Positions 9,934 through 22,019 of a stretch of 64,000 nucleotides of DNA are shown here, in pieces. The notes under the pieces are model-generated. The model was not told where the DNA came from. It searched no databases and saw nothing but the letters and a program-made list of their open reading frames with translations. The position numbers and the translations under genes were made by a program. The number at the start of each line of letters is the position of its first letter. Positions within the stretch are counted from its first letter, which is position 1. The stretch is from Fistulifera solaris (taxonomy: Eukaryota), in contig AP026162.1 of NCBI GenBank assembly GCA_030295235.1, positions 1,364,001 through 1,428,000 of the forward strand. The letters are read 5' to 3'.

Positions 9934-12900
9934 TTATTGATATTTGTCGTGATAAGCACCGTTGCGATCAGGTGTATCTTGCGAATCCATACTGCCGGAG
10001 CGGTAGAATAGAATAGATGGACGCCTTTGTGGGCCTCGTCGTGCTCCTTTTGTCAAGTTACTTAGCATTTTTTGGCGTCGTGCTTCAGTCGTATCGGGCT
10101 GGACTTCAGCGAACAGTGGCTCCGGCGGCCAGTCAAAGAATCGTTGATACATCAGAGGCTTGTAGGGTACAACGACTCCATGGATCTCTCGAGAGTCTAT
10201 ATCGGTAGCCACACTTTGCTCTATGTCGTGTCCACCTTTACGGTGTTTTGAAGTAAAAACAGGTTGATCGCCCCGAAGCTTAGGATCGACGGCTTGGGTG
10301 TCCTCGTGAAAATGTTTTCGAGCTGGTGGCAAATGCCCACGCTCTCTCAGAATTCGCACTGCCCAGTTTTGCGGTCCTAGAAAGATGTTAGAAAGCGATC
10401 GTGAGGCGGAAAGGAATGGCCTTGACATGTGAGCGTCCAAAACAATCTTACCAACTAGCCAGAAACCAAATATGAACAAGAAGAGTCGCCAAGGGAATAT
10501 GAATAAGACCACAGATAGGCATAAGCTGAATAGCGACAAAAGGAACGTGAACATTGGATCCTGCCAAGTAGCAATATTGAAAGCGGCCCGAAATAAGCAA
10601 AGAAAGGAGTAGAGTGATCCAATTATAGGCTCCACATATAGTCCCAAGCGAGCAATAAAAGGATTCGAGTGAGAATATTGAGCGACATTCAGCAGCTTGT
10701 CCAACTTCTTCTTTGCATCTTTCCTCTTTCTCTCTGGCTTTTTGGAATCACCAAAATAAAGCGTATCACGGCGAGGAATGAAGTATGGTTGGTCGTCAAA
10801 ACAATGCCACGTCAACTCGTGCACTTTGTCCTTGATGTCAAGAAGATCATCGGTAAGCTTTTTGCCTGTACTTGGTCCTTCAACATCGATATTCTGCTCA
10901 GGCCAAGACTGAAGCGGATCGTAATCTTCGGAAAATACCTCATCAGGAGTAACTGCACTCATGCTGGAAGGCATTGAATGAGTCTCAAAACCATCATTAA
11001 TATGATCCATTTCACCGGGTCCGGTACTGTGAGTTGGTTGCATCGACGACAAAGTGAATTCTGATTCATCCGCACTATAGGCACGTCGGTAACGTCCAGG
11101 CCGAGGATTGGCGCGCTGCATCATCGTATCATCACTATGTCCTCGTCTAATACGAGGTGCAGCCCTATATCTCAAAGGATAGGATCGCTGTTGGATGGGA
11201 GCAATAACACGGTTGCTTACCATCGCCGAAGAGGTGGTAAGTCCATGAGTCAAACCTTTCTGAATTGGGTTTACCACATGGTTGAGGCCAGTCATTTCAG
11301 TCAGCTCTGTCGCGGCAGTTTGAAGTTTGACTCCAGTTTTCGTAGCAGCTGATTGAAGTTGTGCTGCAGCCTTTCGACCTGTTCTCTTGACTGTCTTGGC
11401 GGCCTTTCTACCAGCTCCAACGACGGCTCTACCAGCTGTAAAGTTGTTCTCTTCTTCGTCGTACTCCTTCATTCCTGAAATATCTTTTCTCATGAGGTCA
11501 GGGATATTCACGTCAATCGGCAAATTTGGCAAGTTATGCATATCGATTGGAAAACGAGCGCCAATGCTACCGCGTCTTTCAACACCTAAATGCTCGTCAA
11601 TATTCTCAACTAGAGCCGCATCTTCACCAGTATGGCTTTGGCAAGTAGATTTTTCGCGCTCGCCTTTGTGGTCTACCAAGCATTCCCTCGCTCCAAATTT
11701 CGGATAGTCATAATCATTTGAATACGGAAATTCAAAGTGGTAAGTCCGGTTTTCTTCCTCATCGACACTGGGGTCTTTGAATAGACCAAGCATTTTAAAA
11801 AGAGCTATGCCGTGATGAGAATGAGTCTTGAACGTCGGTCCCAAATCAATCATCGATTGGTCGGCGTTTCGCTTCGAAGTGAAAGCGCGAACACGACCGA
11901 GCGACAAAGGCTCAATCACATGCTTGCCTGTTTCACTGCCGAAACAGAAAGCCATGAACATTTCTTCCCATGACGGAGGAATAAATCCAGTTGTAAGAGG
12001 TATTTCAATTCCATAGATGACATAGGTTCTCATCAAAAACAGCACGAAGTAAAGTACCATGTACGCAGGTACCAACGAAAACGAATTCATGTAAATGCAA
12101 TGCATCCAAGATAAAAAGATGAAGCCGGAAATTGAGGGATTGACCCAGTGTCGTATCCCCCAAAAGCCATGACGCAAGGCAAGAAAAATAAATTTCCGAG
12201 TGAAATTAAGCTCTCGGATGCTTGCCCTCATCTGATGGAACGTAAATCGACCCGGAAGATGGGCACCATGAACAGTAATAGCGATGTTTCGGAAAGCCTT
12301 TTCATCTGAACAATTAACTGTAACGCTGACATCCGGTTTCGTGTGCTGAGGAAGTGGAATCTTCAAACTCTTCGGAATGTACGATAAAAGAGCATCTCTT
12401 TCGGACTTCCAATTCAACGTGAAACGGAGTCGGATCGCTCCACGTTTTCGACGTGAGTAAACATGCGTAGACAACCGCAGTGGAAGAGTCACGTCGTATG
12501 TACTCGAGGGCCGCAGTCTCGCCAGATCAATCGCAACACGACCAGCAAAGTCATCTTTTTCCCGTCTATTGTCATCATCAAAAACACCGACATAAAGCCG
12601 AGCATAGCCGTGAAATATCGGAAAATCACAAGCTCGCCTACACTTTCGAAGCCAAATTGGGTTGATTCTGTTTGGGATGACATCCGTCGCAAACGCATAC
12701 GAGCCGCACACAAGGTAAACCACGGCATCGGTGTCCGACGTGCGATCAAGTTTGGGCAAGCCAAAGCACTGCAGAACTTCTACTCTGAGCGATCCTATCT
12801 CCTTGAGAGTGCATGACGGGATACGCAAATCGTGAAACTTTTCCGACGGAAGCACCATCTCCTCATGCAGCTCTTTTCGTGTCATCCATCGGTGTGGGTA

Positions 12901-13917
12901 CGCGTAACTTGGCAGAACTCGATATTCCTTGTCACGAACATAGCGCGAATTTGAGCCGCGAATGAGCCTTTCCACATCCTTGGTCGTATATTGATTGATC
13001 GGATCGTCCAGCGCTTCACTAATGTCTAAATCCCTCGTATCTGCTGCAAAAACATGACTGCTCTCTCGTCTTCGCCGTACTTGGTTTTGATCTTTTGAAT
13101 GCCAGGGCGCTGTTAATGTTCCAAAAAATGTTTTCTTCCTAATCGATTCTGATGAAAGACGCTCGACCTTTGAGAGAGCCTTCAGCCATAGCGCTTTTTC
13201 GTGACTGCCTTTGCTACAGCGGAATTGTATTCGAAACGGTTTATTCTTTGCCAAAGCTTTGGCAACTTCCTTGCGAAGTTCGTCAACCGGATCATGACGA
13301 TCATGCGCAATCCCTGATTTTACCGATTCAGTTTCTGTCATTGACGAAGTCTGATTGTATTCACTGTATAAGTCGTTCAGTTGCTCTAAAGTATCCTCGG
13401 TCGAAGGAACTTCCACCTCGAAAAGACAAGGATCATTCGCTACATCTTTTGCTATCCACTGAATATCACAAGGAATATATAGCTCAAGACTTTCCATCCG
13501 TCGTATAACGGCTGCATAAGAGAGGCTTCGTTGCAAACGGCTGTAGACATTGCGAAGAACAGTCCTGGCAGGTCCGTTGTCGGGTACCTCGTTTTCAGTG
13601 TCCGGAACATCGGTAAAGATCTTTATCGAACCCCCATTTGTAAACGATAATGACACGTAGCGTCTCTTCACGCGACCGGAGTTCCCCCTACGGCAGTATA
13701 AGCACCCGTCTAGTGATACAGGATTTGACTGGTTTCCTAGCTCGGGTCGAAAGGAGACCTTTCGTTCGCTTGCCGTTGCTGCCTCCGTCCTTTGCAGCAG
13801 CGGTCGACCACCCCATCGACAGCTTGAATTTGAACTCGCATAATATAATTGTAACGAGTTTCTTAGGTTATTGCCTCTCAAAGCAACTGCATACTTGAAA
13901 TCTTTCAATGAGCTATC
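9934..13917 (-). CDS. Large C2-domain membrane protein (MCTP-like architecture) with an N-terminal PH-like region
   Basis: C2 motif LRVEVLQCFGLPKLD...TDAVV...NPIW...VGVFDDD...DDFAGRV, followed by TM segments. An in-frame intron lies at about 10380-10451. An acceptor at about 13918 suggests an unlocated upstream exon. Confidence 0.8.
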   Translation of the reverse strand, partial: DSSLKDFKYAVALRGNNLRNSLQLYYASSNSSCRWGGRPLLQRTEAATASERKVSFRPELGNQSNPVSLDGCLYCRRGNSGRVKRRYVSLSFTNGGSIKIFTDVPDTENEVPDNGPARTVLRNVYSRLQRSLSYAAVIRRMESLELYIPCDIQWIAKDVANDPCLFEVEVPSTEDTLEQLNDLYSEYNQTSSMTETESVKSGIAHDRHDPVDELRKEVAKALAKNKPFRIQFRCSKGSHEKALWLKALSKVERLSSESIRKKTFFGTLTAPWHSKDQNQVRRRRESSHVFAADTRDLDISEALDDPINQYTTKDVERLIRGSNSRYVRDKEYRVLPSYAYPHRWMTRKELHEEMVLPSEKFHDLRIPSCTLKEIGSLRVEVLQCFGLPKLDRTSDTDAVVYLVCGSYAFATDVIPNRINPIWLRKCRRACDFPIFHGYARLYVGVFDDDNRREKDDFAGRVAIDLARLRPSSTYDVTLPLRLSTHVYSRRKRGAIRLRFTLNWKSERDALLSYIPKSLKIPLPQHTKPDVSVTVNCSDEKAFRNIAITVHGAHLPGRFTFHQMRASIRELNFTRKFIFLALRHGFWGIRHWVNPSISGFIFLSWMHCIYMNSFSLVPAYMVLYFVLFLMRTYVIYGIEIPLTTGFIPPSWEEMFMAFCFGSETGKHVIEPLSLGRVRAFTSKRNADQSMIDLGPTFKTHSHHGIALFKMLGLFKDPSVDEEENRTYHFEFPYSNDYDYPKFGARECLVDHKGEREKSTCQSHTGEDAALVENIDEHLGVERRGSIGARFPIDMHNLPNLPIDVNIPDLMRKDISGMKEYDEEENNFTAGRAVVGAGRKAAKTVKRTGRKAAAQLQSAATKTGVKLQTAATELTEMTGLNHVVNPIQKGLTHGLTTSSAMVSNRVIAPIQQRSYPLRYRAAPRIRRGHSDDTMMQRANPRPGRYRRAYSADESEFTLSSMQPTHSTGPGEMDHINDGFETHSMPSSMSAVTPDEVFSEDYDPLQSWPEQNIDVEGPSTGKKLTDDLLDIKDKVHELTWHCFDDQPYFIPRRDTLYFGDSKKPERKRKDAKKKLDKLLNVAQYSHSNPFIARLGLYVEPIIGSLYSFLCLFRAAFNIATWQDPMFTFLLSLFSLCLSVVLFIFPWRLFLFIFGFWLVGKIVLDAHMSRPFLSASRSLSNIFLGPQNWAVRILRERGHLPPARKHFHEDTQAVDPKLRGDQPVFTSKHRKGGHDIEQSVATDIDSREIHGVVVPYKPLMYQRFFDWPPEPLFAEVQPDTTEARRQKMLSNLTKGARRGPQRRPSILFYRSGSMDSQDTPDRNGAYHDKYQ

Positions 13918-14423
13918 TGAAACAATCGGTCACAGAAGTCACAATAAATCCGCAATAAACGCAACGGTTTTACGAGAGAAAAATTGTGAGACGCGGGAAC
14001 GCGCCTCGGCTTAAGTATGCATTGACAACTTTGTCTTACAGTGACTAATTTCACTGTTTAATTAACACTCAGAATCTCCCTCCACGAGGACTATACATTT
14101 TACAGTTGCTTGATCGTCAGTCCTGGATAGGATCAGTCCCGCTCATGGATCGAAACTCGATACAGTACGAAACCTACAAAACTAAATAAAATTTTGCACT
14201 CCTTCCTAGCTTTGGAGCTACTACGATTAGCATTTGTTGAGCTCGAATTAACACAAAAACGTGGAGAACAACTAATGCTTCATTACTCCGAAATATCTTA
14301 TTTATTTTGCCTTGACTTGTTGTAGCGGGCAACAAAGTAGCTTGCATTCAAAGTAGCGCTTTCAAACTATATGAAAGAAGCAATCGTCGACAAAAATTTC
14401 ATTAGTCGCTCTCTATTTTTATT

Positions 14424-15432
14424 CTAATCAATCTTTTTTCGCCACGGCTTGCGCAGAATGGACGAGGCAGCCAGTCAAGAGACCAACTGTCACAAAGACG
14501 CCACCAACGATACTTATCAAAGACGACAGAAACACCAGAAAACTGTCTCTTCCGTTCGAGTGGTGTACTGCCAACGGTGTGAAGTCGTAGTTCAAAACAA
14601 GGCCAGGCAAGAAGGCGACGCCTTTGGTAACCAGCGTGGCGGGTTGAATGGTGTGTTCTGACACTGACACCTGGTACGCAAGTGTTTCCGTGAAAAGTTT
14701 CTTGTATATTGTGGGGATCAGTTTGACTTGAATCAGCTCAACAGCGATTCCTCCATAAGCATTTTTTATCCAATGTCCGCGTTTTTCGAGGGGCTTTTCC
14801 GTTGCTAACGGAAAGGCGTCGCCGAACTGTATATTATGAATAAAGTGCGAAACATTGAAATGACTCAGCTCGGCCGCCATGGTGCTTTCATCAGCTAATC
14901 CTAGCATTGCGATTTTCCGACTAGACTCAATCCATGCAGGGCGGGATATGCCCATCGTTAGCACACCGGAAACGACTTGTGGGCTCAAATGACCGACAAC
15001 AGTGCATCCTTTGCCTCTTTTGAATGCGTTATTGGATGCGGCTGCGTCGGAATTCGTGGGCGCATACATTTCGATGGAGTGTTTGCCGTGAATCTTTTCC
15101 AGTTCTCCGGTAAGAAGAGACGCTCCGTCGAGTGATATGTCGAGTTGATTGCAGGATAGATGAGGGAAAGTCACGTGCAAGAACAGAGGAATGCGCCCTT
15201 TCGTATTCCGACCGGGTCGCGCATCTTCTGTCAAAAGCGAGATCGGTGTGGATTGCGATCTTGCCAAGTGCAGCGAATGCTGCGTAGTGCCGGTTGTATA
15301 AGACACTAACTGTGCCACAAAAAGCAACCCCGCACATGTAGCCGCAATGGCGGTGATTGCGCCTCCCACCGCACTCTTTTCCTGCAGATCAGGTCTTGTT
15401 TTCGAGAATGCATCAAGTCGACGAAACCCCAT
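14424..15432 (-). CDS. ER-Golgi intermediate compartment protein (ERGIC/Erv41-Erv46 family)
   Basis: 'LDAFSKT..SAVGGAIT', 'HVTFPHLSC', 'GCTVVGHL', 'NVSHFIHNIQFG', 'YDFTPL', 'SIVGGVFVT'. The C-terminus becomes KKID* if one A is removed from a 6-A run. Confidence 0.9.
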
Positions 15433-15949
15433 TGTTTTTTTTTTTCAAAATTTGTTTTGTTACTTTCAAACAAATACCACCATGTTGCCTATGTTGTTTT
15501 TTTACTGCGTTGCGGGTAAATGCAATATCCGGGTACTCCTACATCGATAAATTTCCTACTACGGCAACGTGGAAACCACGCAGACATTCGAAGTGTTGCA
15601 TCAATCATCATTTCGACGTTTGAAATTCAAATTGGCGCCGATGATTCATGTTATTGCATGGATAGGAAATGTATACGGAAAGTTGCGACGAAACTTGTGG
15701 CAAACAGAACCGAAAACTGATGAGGTCGAAGGAACGCCATATCCGGGTACCCCCCTCTGTCGGTAAGTTTCCCTACGAGGCCTGCTTGGTGTCTACGTAG
15801 ACATTGTTCATTGCATTGCATCTTTCATTTTTTCTTGCGTTTTGAGTTCGAATTGATGACGATTACTGTACAAAATCATCATGGAGTTGTACAGTGCAGC
15901 TTCCACTGGATGTTTGCTTATCGTGATGACAAATAATGTTTAGCTCATC

Positions 15950-16240
15950 TTGATTCGTGACTCCTCCTCACATGCAATCATGAAAAAGGTCGCCTACTCT
16001 TGGAACTAGAGCAAAATGATAGGGCAATATTTCGGAAGGATCTACGAAAAAATTATCGATTAGTGCATGACAAGTACTGCTGAAGGTCAATGCATATTGT
16101 GAAAGACAATAAAAGATAATCGAGCCAGCAGAATCGATGAAATTCAAACAGATGTCTTGCCTTGAAAAATAATGACCCATGACTGAAAGGCAGTCGTGGT
16201 AAAATATAAAATTAACACCTTTAGCCCCAAAAAGACTACT
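15950..16240 (+). repeat. ~220-bp palindrome-anchored dispersed repeat, locus A
   Basis: Anchors ttgattcgtgact..tgcaatcatg (G at 15959, degenerate) and catgactgaaaggcagtcgtgg (G at 16181) are 222 bp apart. Confidence 0.6.
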
Positions 16241-16465
16241 CCGTATATGTTTAGCCACAATCCAAGACACGTTTTTTACAGGATCTCGCTTTGCGAGCTA
16301 GTTCAAAAAAGTATATTTGAAACACGAGAAAGGACAATATGATTATGATGCATGGAAAACGTAAGATTAGGCCGCGTCGTTCAAAACACTGTTTACATAG
16401 CATCGACCGTGCCGATTCAAAAACTGTAGCTCGTTCCGCATCAGCACATTGTTCACAAAAGCAAA

Positions 16466-17417
16466 TTACAGCTCTTCCGTCTGCAATTGGGATTTGGAGT
16501 CTGATGAAAAGTATGTAACGAACGGGAAAACTTTCTTCAAAAAGACCACTGTTTGCGAAAAATCGAAAAGATCTGATTTCCCCAAAGCCTTGGCATACTG
16601 TTTGCAATCAGGTTCCCCAAGAAGAAAGGTTTCTCCCATACTAAATGGGGCGTAGTGCGTGCACATTTGGTCGTCGACACTGCAAGTAGTAATGACCACC
16701 GCAGGGGTACCTTCACCGGATTGTTCTACACGTTGACGCAGCGCCGGAATAATTCTCCAGGTTAACATCAAAGCGGAAATAAATCCATCGGTGAAAGGAA
16801 ACTGAATAACAGCAGCTTTGGTTCTTGGAAGAACCTCTGTTTCATATTTGATCTTTGGCCACAATTCCGCCGCGCTCAACTCAATGAAATCCTCATCCGT
16901 GTATTCATGAATATCAAAATTTTTACTGAGCAACTGCTTGCTTCGATCGTCTTCTTCAACTGCGAGAAGACCAGCGGCGAAACGCTGCTGACGTCCGCCC
17001 ATGACTATGCGGGGGTCGTCGAAGTAAATGGTGTAAACGACGTCGGCATGTTGCTTCTTCTCGACCCCTCCTTCTTTTGCTATGAAACGAGCGAGTCCCT
17101 GGGACGCTGCGTAATCTCTTTGGTGCGCTTAAAGACGAACGAACCACCTGGGAATTCTCCTTCTTCGATTTCGATGCTTGTGAAGCCGCCGGATGTGGTA
17201 AAAGAATACAGAAAACAAACGGCCATCACGAGGCAAATGACAAGGAACTACGAGCTGTGATGAGAACTTTCAATAGACTATCAGATTGTCTTCTCCGAGG
17301 GGCTTACCTGCTTTCGTCTTTGCTGGAAAGAGAAGGAAGGAATATGGTGAGCTGAACTGTTGCCAAGCAGCCGAGTCAACGATCAGTACTTACCGGTGAG
17401 TTTCGCGGCTCATTCAT
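16466..17417 (-). CDS. TEX264-like protein (N-terminal TM anchor plus GyrI-like domain), 3 exons
   Basis: Spliced product: MNEPRNSP|QRRKQ|FLVICLVMAVCFLYSFTTSGGFTSIEIEEGEFPGG...YTIYFDDPRIVMGGRQQRFAAGLL...AVIQFPFTDGFISALMLTWRIIPAL...TEEL*. One A is missing at about 17120. Confidence 0.7.
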
Positions 17418-17786
17418 TGTGAGTTCATGATAATTCATAAACATATTGGTATCGGTAGACGCTTTGGTGCACAGCTATTAAAAAGGGACTTGCTTTACCA
17501 CTTTACAATTATGAAGAAGTGATGAGGTTGATCAACAAGTTTGAAATAATAATGAGAAAGAGAAGCATTTGCCTCCGTTTCTGTTTTTCCTTTCTTCCGC
17601 ACCTTTGCAACCGCGAAAACAATAACGCAAAACATCACAAAAATCGGATGAGAAAGAAAATATCGCAACGGTTTAAATGCTTGTTATAGTAATCAGCGCT
17701 ACGACATCATTTAGTTTCATCGAACTAGTGTTAGTAACTAATGACAACTAATACAAGATTGCTCATCTGAAACACACACGTAAATT

Positions 17787-20700
17787 CTAGCCATAGAAAG
17801 CTTTTAACGTATACTCGGTTGCACTGGCCAGGATGGGCACTCCAAACCATGTAATGACTCCAGCTCCAAGAACGATAGAAACGATTTTGGCATATGCCGC
17901 AGCAGTCGAATCTGGACCATTGATGTAAGGTGCATTGTGATCCGTCTCCCTGTTAAGAAGTGCCGGCTTAGCAGTTGGTTGTCCGACAGGTGCTTCCGTA
18001 AAAAGCTGGACCTCGGACTACAAAGAGAACAAAATGAGACTAGAGACAATCAATGAGCACAAGGTTCGCAAAACGAATACTCACTCTAGGAATCATGTCC
18101 CCTTCTAGATGCTGACCTGGCACACGCGTCTTCTTGTATCCAACTTCTTCCATGGCTAGCTCGGAAAGGGATCGCGGGTCGGGTTTATACGGCGTTGCCG
18201 AGGATTCAGGAAGAGGGTGGTCACGATATCTATCTTCCTTCAGCACTGGTATTCGAATGACGAATTTGCCAAACATGTACTTCTTCATCGCCTTCAGTTT
18301 GTTCGCATTTTCTCGCTTAATTCGGGCCAGTTGAAGAGCTTTAGTGTGCCTCAAAAATCGTTTCGCTTTGTTGATCTTCTGCTGCCTCTTTTCTTCTTCC
18401 TCAGATAAAGGTTCCTTACTAACAACATAGATGTCGACGAGTTTCATCCAGGGACCAAATAGCGCCCAAACAATAATTCTTGATATCCACTTGATCACAA
18501 AGAACCAGGGAACAAAGAAGAATACAATTGAAAGTAAGCAACAGCCTACCGTGACCCAGAACGAAATGTAACATTCTTCCCATAACACGATATATTTTAT
18601 TGTCCTGAAGTATCGAATGACCAAAGCTAGATTTCGCTGCACAGGATACAAAATCGGCTTGAATGGATCAATGGAAACGCCATTTGACTTCGTACTAATG
18701 TCAGCAACATCCTCACCAATCTCCTCCATCTCGCGCTCGTATTCCTCTCTTTCTTTCATTGCCTCTTCGTATTGCTTGGCCACCTTTTCTTCCGCTGTCT
18801 TGATACGATTTGTCCAGGCCTCGAGAAAAGCCTGAGTTTCCTCACTATTCTGGAACGGCTCAATCGAATGAGGAGGGAAAGACGTTCGTCCTGTAACGAG
18901 AATTTCAACTAGTTCTACGAAGGACTTGCATTGCATCCAGACATCAGGAAGACTACGTCGATAGACATTGGTTGCTATCATGAACCAAGCCAAACATCCA
19001 AAGATGAAACTCGGCAATAGTTGTGGGTGCTCGACCAGCATTGTAGCCATCACGAAGGCAGTCATTGAATGAATTGGAACGTTTACGGTGGTGGTTCCAA
19101 ACGTCAACGGGAGAGACCCACGCCATAGCATGAGATTCGTGACTGCATCGTTAAGATAGAACATAGCTTGTTTCTGACTTGATAGCAACTCTTCAACATA
19201 CCTATAACAACACGTGAGGATGTATCGTGTATCGTTCAAGAACAAGTAAAGCAAAGAGTACTCACGAGTTGATCACTTTAATATTGTATCTCTCCGTGTC
19301 GAACTTTCCGACGCAAGTATACCGGAGAACACGGAAGTCTCGTCGGGCTTTTGTATTGACGAAAAGGTGCGGCGGTGGCTCCAAATTTGAAAGCAAAACT
19401 TTTCTCTCGTCGAAAATCTCCAATCGTAAACGAATCGTTATGCTACCTTTAGGCTTTCGACTCGACATTTTCGCACTGGAATACAAGTTGTACTTCAAAT
19501 CGTAAACTGTGTCCCTTCGCAGATTCGAAACGTCGACGGACACTCGTCCGATGGGATCGTGGTCATCCGCTGGGTTCATCCCCGCATCATTATCAAAGAC
19601 GCCGATAAAAAGTTGACTGCTACTGTGAAACACGTGGAAGACAAATGCGCGCTGACTCCAGGGCATCCATCTGGGGTTCAAGCAATCAGCAATGACATCC
19701 GTCTGGCATACTGCATCTTCGAACACCAGAGAAACGAATGCGTCGGTGAAATTACCAGCCAATCCTCCAACATCCATTTGAGGCAAATCATCACAGCCAA
19801 TAACCTCAACAAAAAGACGACCCAGTGTGCCGCTACCAGCATCAATCCAGTTGTGTGAGGGCCTTTGACTTTCGAGAAGAATTTCATCATGAGTCATCCA
19901 CGTAGTCTCGTCTGGACGAAGTGGATCTGGCCCTGGTCGGATTTTATACTGTCGCCAAACATAGTGAGCATCTTCTTGAAAGCCGAAACAATGTAAGGAT
20001 AGTGAGGGCGACTTACCTGTTTCTTTCCGGCGTTCTTTCCTGAGGCAACAACACGAGTCCTTTTCGATAGAATGGCTTTGAGACTACCAGCCCCAGTCTT
20101 CCCTTCCAAAACGGCTTTATGAAGAAAATCCAAATGCTTAGATTTCGGCACACGACTTTCTTCCATGAATTGGATGTCACTTGGACTAGCTCTGCGACAA
20201 CGGATCGCCATGTACCCGGATACGTCTCGGCTTCTGTAGCCAGGGGACTGAAGCTTAAACTCCATGCGTTCGCCGTTTGCTTCGTACAGTGTTTTCGCAG
20301 GTACAGTGACAACGCCCAACTTTTCATTTCCACCAAGCTTATCGAAGTCTTTGAGAATAAAGACTAGTCCATCGCTAGTAAACAACTCTTGCGAGCTGAC
20401 AGTGAAAAGGAATAGAGAATCGGTCTTGATCGTCCAAATCGGATCGAGACTGCAAAGGGTTCAAAAGACAGTTAGTTAGAACAATGTGTATTTTACATCG
20501 ATTAAAGATGAAGAACTCACGTTTTGGAGATATGCTTCGTTCTGTGAACCTCGGCACCATTGAAAGTAACTTGGACATAGGGGTCTGACGATACGAGGTC
20601 ACCCACAGGAATATCCCACGCCGAAACAATTTCGAGCAGCAACGTAATTTTGTCTTTCATATTGATCGTAGCTCCACCGAGTGCGGCTTGCATCCGAGCT

Positions 20701-21386
20701 TCCTTTCGGGCTTCTTCCTTCCCTAATTCATTTCTTAATGTTTGCTCGAATTTGTCAGCATCTCCCTCCGAATCAAAGATCAGCTCCCGGACTTGCTTGG
20801 ACGTCTTGAGTGCTATTTCCAACCAAATGCCGTTTTTCCGCGTTCCTTTGATATGAATCGCTTTCAAGGGGATCCGGTACCTTGCTTTCCAGACAGAACC
20901 GTTGGACTCGTCGGTGAACGCTTGACCGTCGTCTACTAAATCTATGAAGTCACGTGGAACCACCGTCGACAGGTCGTCGTCGTCATCATCGTCATTGTGC
21001 GATGCCTTTGATTTTTCTTTATTCTTTTCTTTCACAGGAGCCAAAAGACGAACGATGCATTCTTCAAACACCACGCCATCGGATCCAATGACCTTGTGCA
21101 CCTCGATGGAAACTTTGCGTCGTCGCCGACGCTTGTTGAGCGCTCGAGGTATAAACGTGCCCTGTATAAAGTGATAAACATGAGAAACTAATAAAAATGT
21201 AAATGCAACATGATTATAAACTCACAGCAATAGTATTCAGGGGCGGAGGTGCAAGGCAATCAAAGATCGTCGCCGACACGATGGTATCTGCTTTTGCGAA
21301 CCCAGCTTCTTTTTCGATTCACTCCCCGTTGCCCCTAAGAAAGCTTCGAGCGTGGAAGGTTCTTTCCGCATATTGTTTGACGCCAT
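17787..21386 (-). CDS. Tandem C2-domain membrane protein (MCTP-like), multi-exon
   Basis: First C2: LLEIVSAWDIPVGDLVSSDPYV. Second C2: LFVEVIGCDDLPQMD..TDAFV..NPRW..IGVFDND..HDPIGRV. TM segments follow, and the last exon ends ...TLKAFYG* at 17787. Confidence 0.82.
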
Positions 21387-22019
21387 GGTTGCGATACTAT
21401 CCTTGATTCGTTCAATGATGCAATGGGCAAGATTGATTTTCGTGCAGCTGATTTTTGCGTCGATCGAAGTGTGCGAACTCGCGAAGCGAAATCTTTTGAA
21501 AACGGCATCGGGAAAGCACATTATAGTTCAGGTTCGTGTGCCGGCCAACCTCCATTCAAGAGATGATTCACGAGATTGAGCGAGTCAGTCACGTGTCATG
21601 CACAAGTAGTAAAAGGCCCAAGGACATTGCTGGTGACACAGGTCACAAAACACAAAAGCATGACGCACAGTACGCAAAGGATATAGTGACTCTATGGTTA
21701 GATTGTAGTGATGACCGCTGCCGGAAGTTTGCTTAGCCTTTCGGCATTTGGCGTCCTTCTGTCAAGACTACTTCCACTAATAGTGTACAAAAATGACATT
21801 GGGCCTTCGACCTACACTTACTTTTTACATTCAAAATTTCCTAAAGCGCACACACATTCCCTTTCAGTTTGTTTTCTTTCGCATTCCAACAACTTACTTT
21901 CCACTGAATGAACTGAAATTGTTGCGACAATGAAACTTCGATGATTTGAGGAAGTAAACGAATTATAGACACCTTCCTTTTCATCACCTCTTTACATTTC
22001 AATAGTCAGGTGCGAGACC

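Noticed and set aside
15717..15745. Hammerhead ribozyme core (CTGATGAG..GAA)
   Set aside because: No proper stem II followed by GAAA, and no flanking stems.
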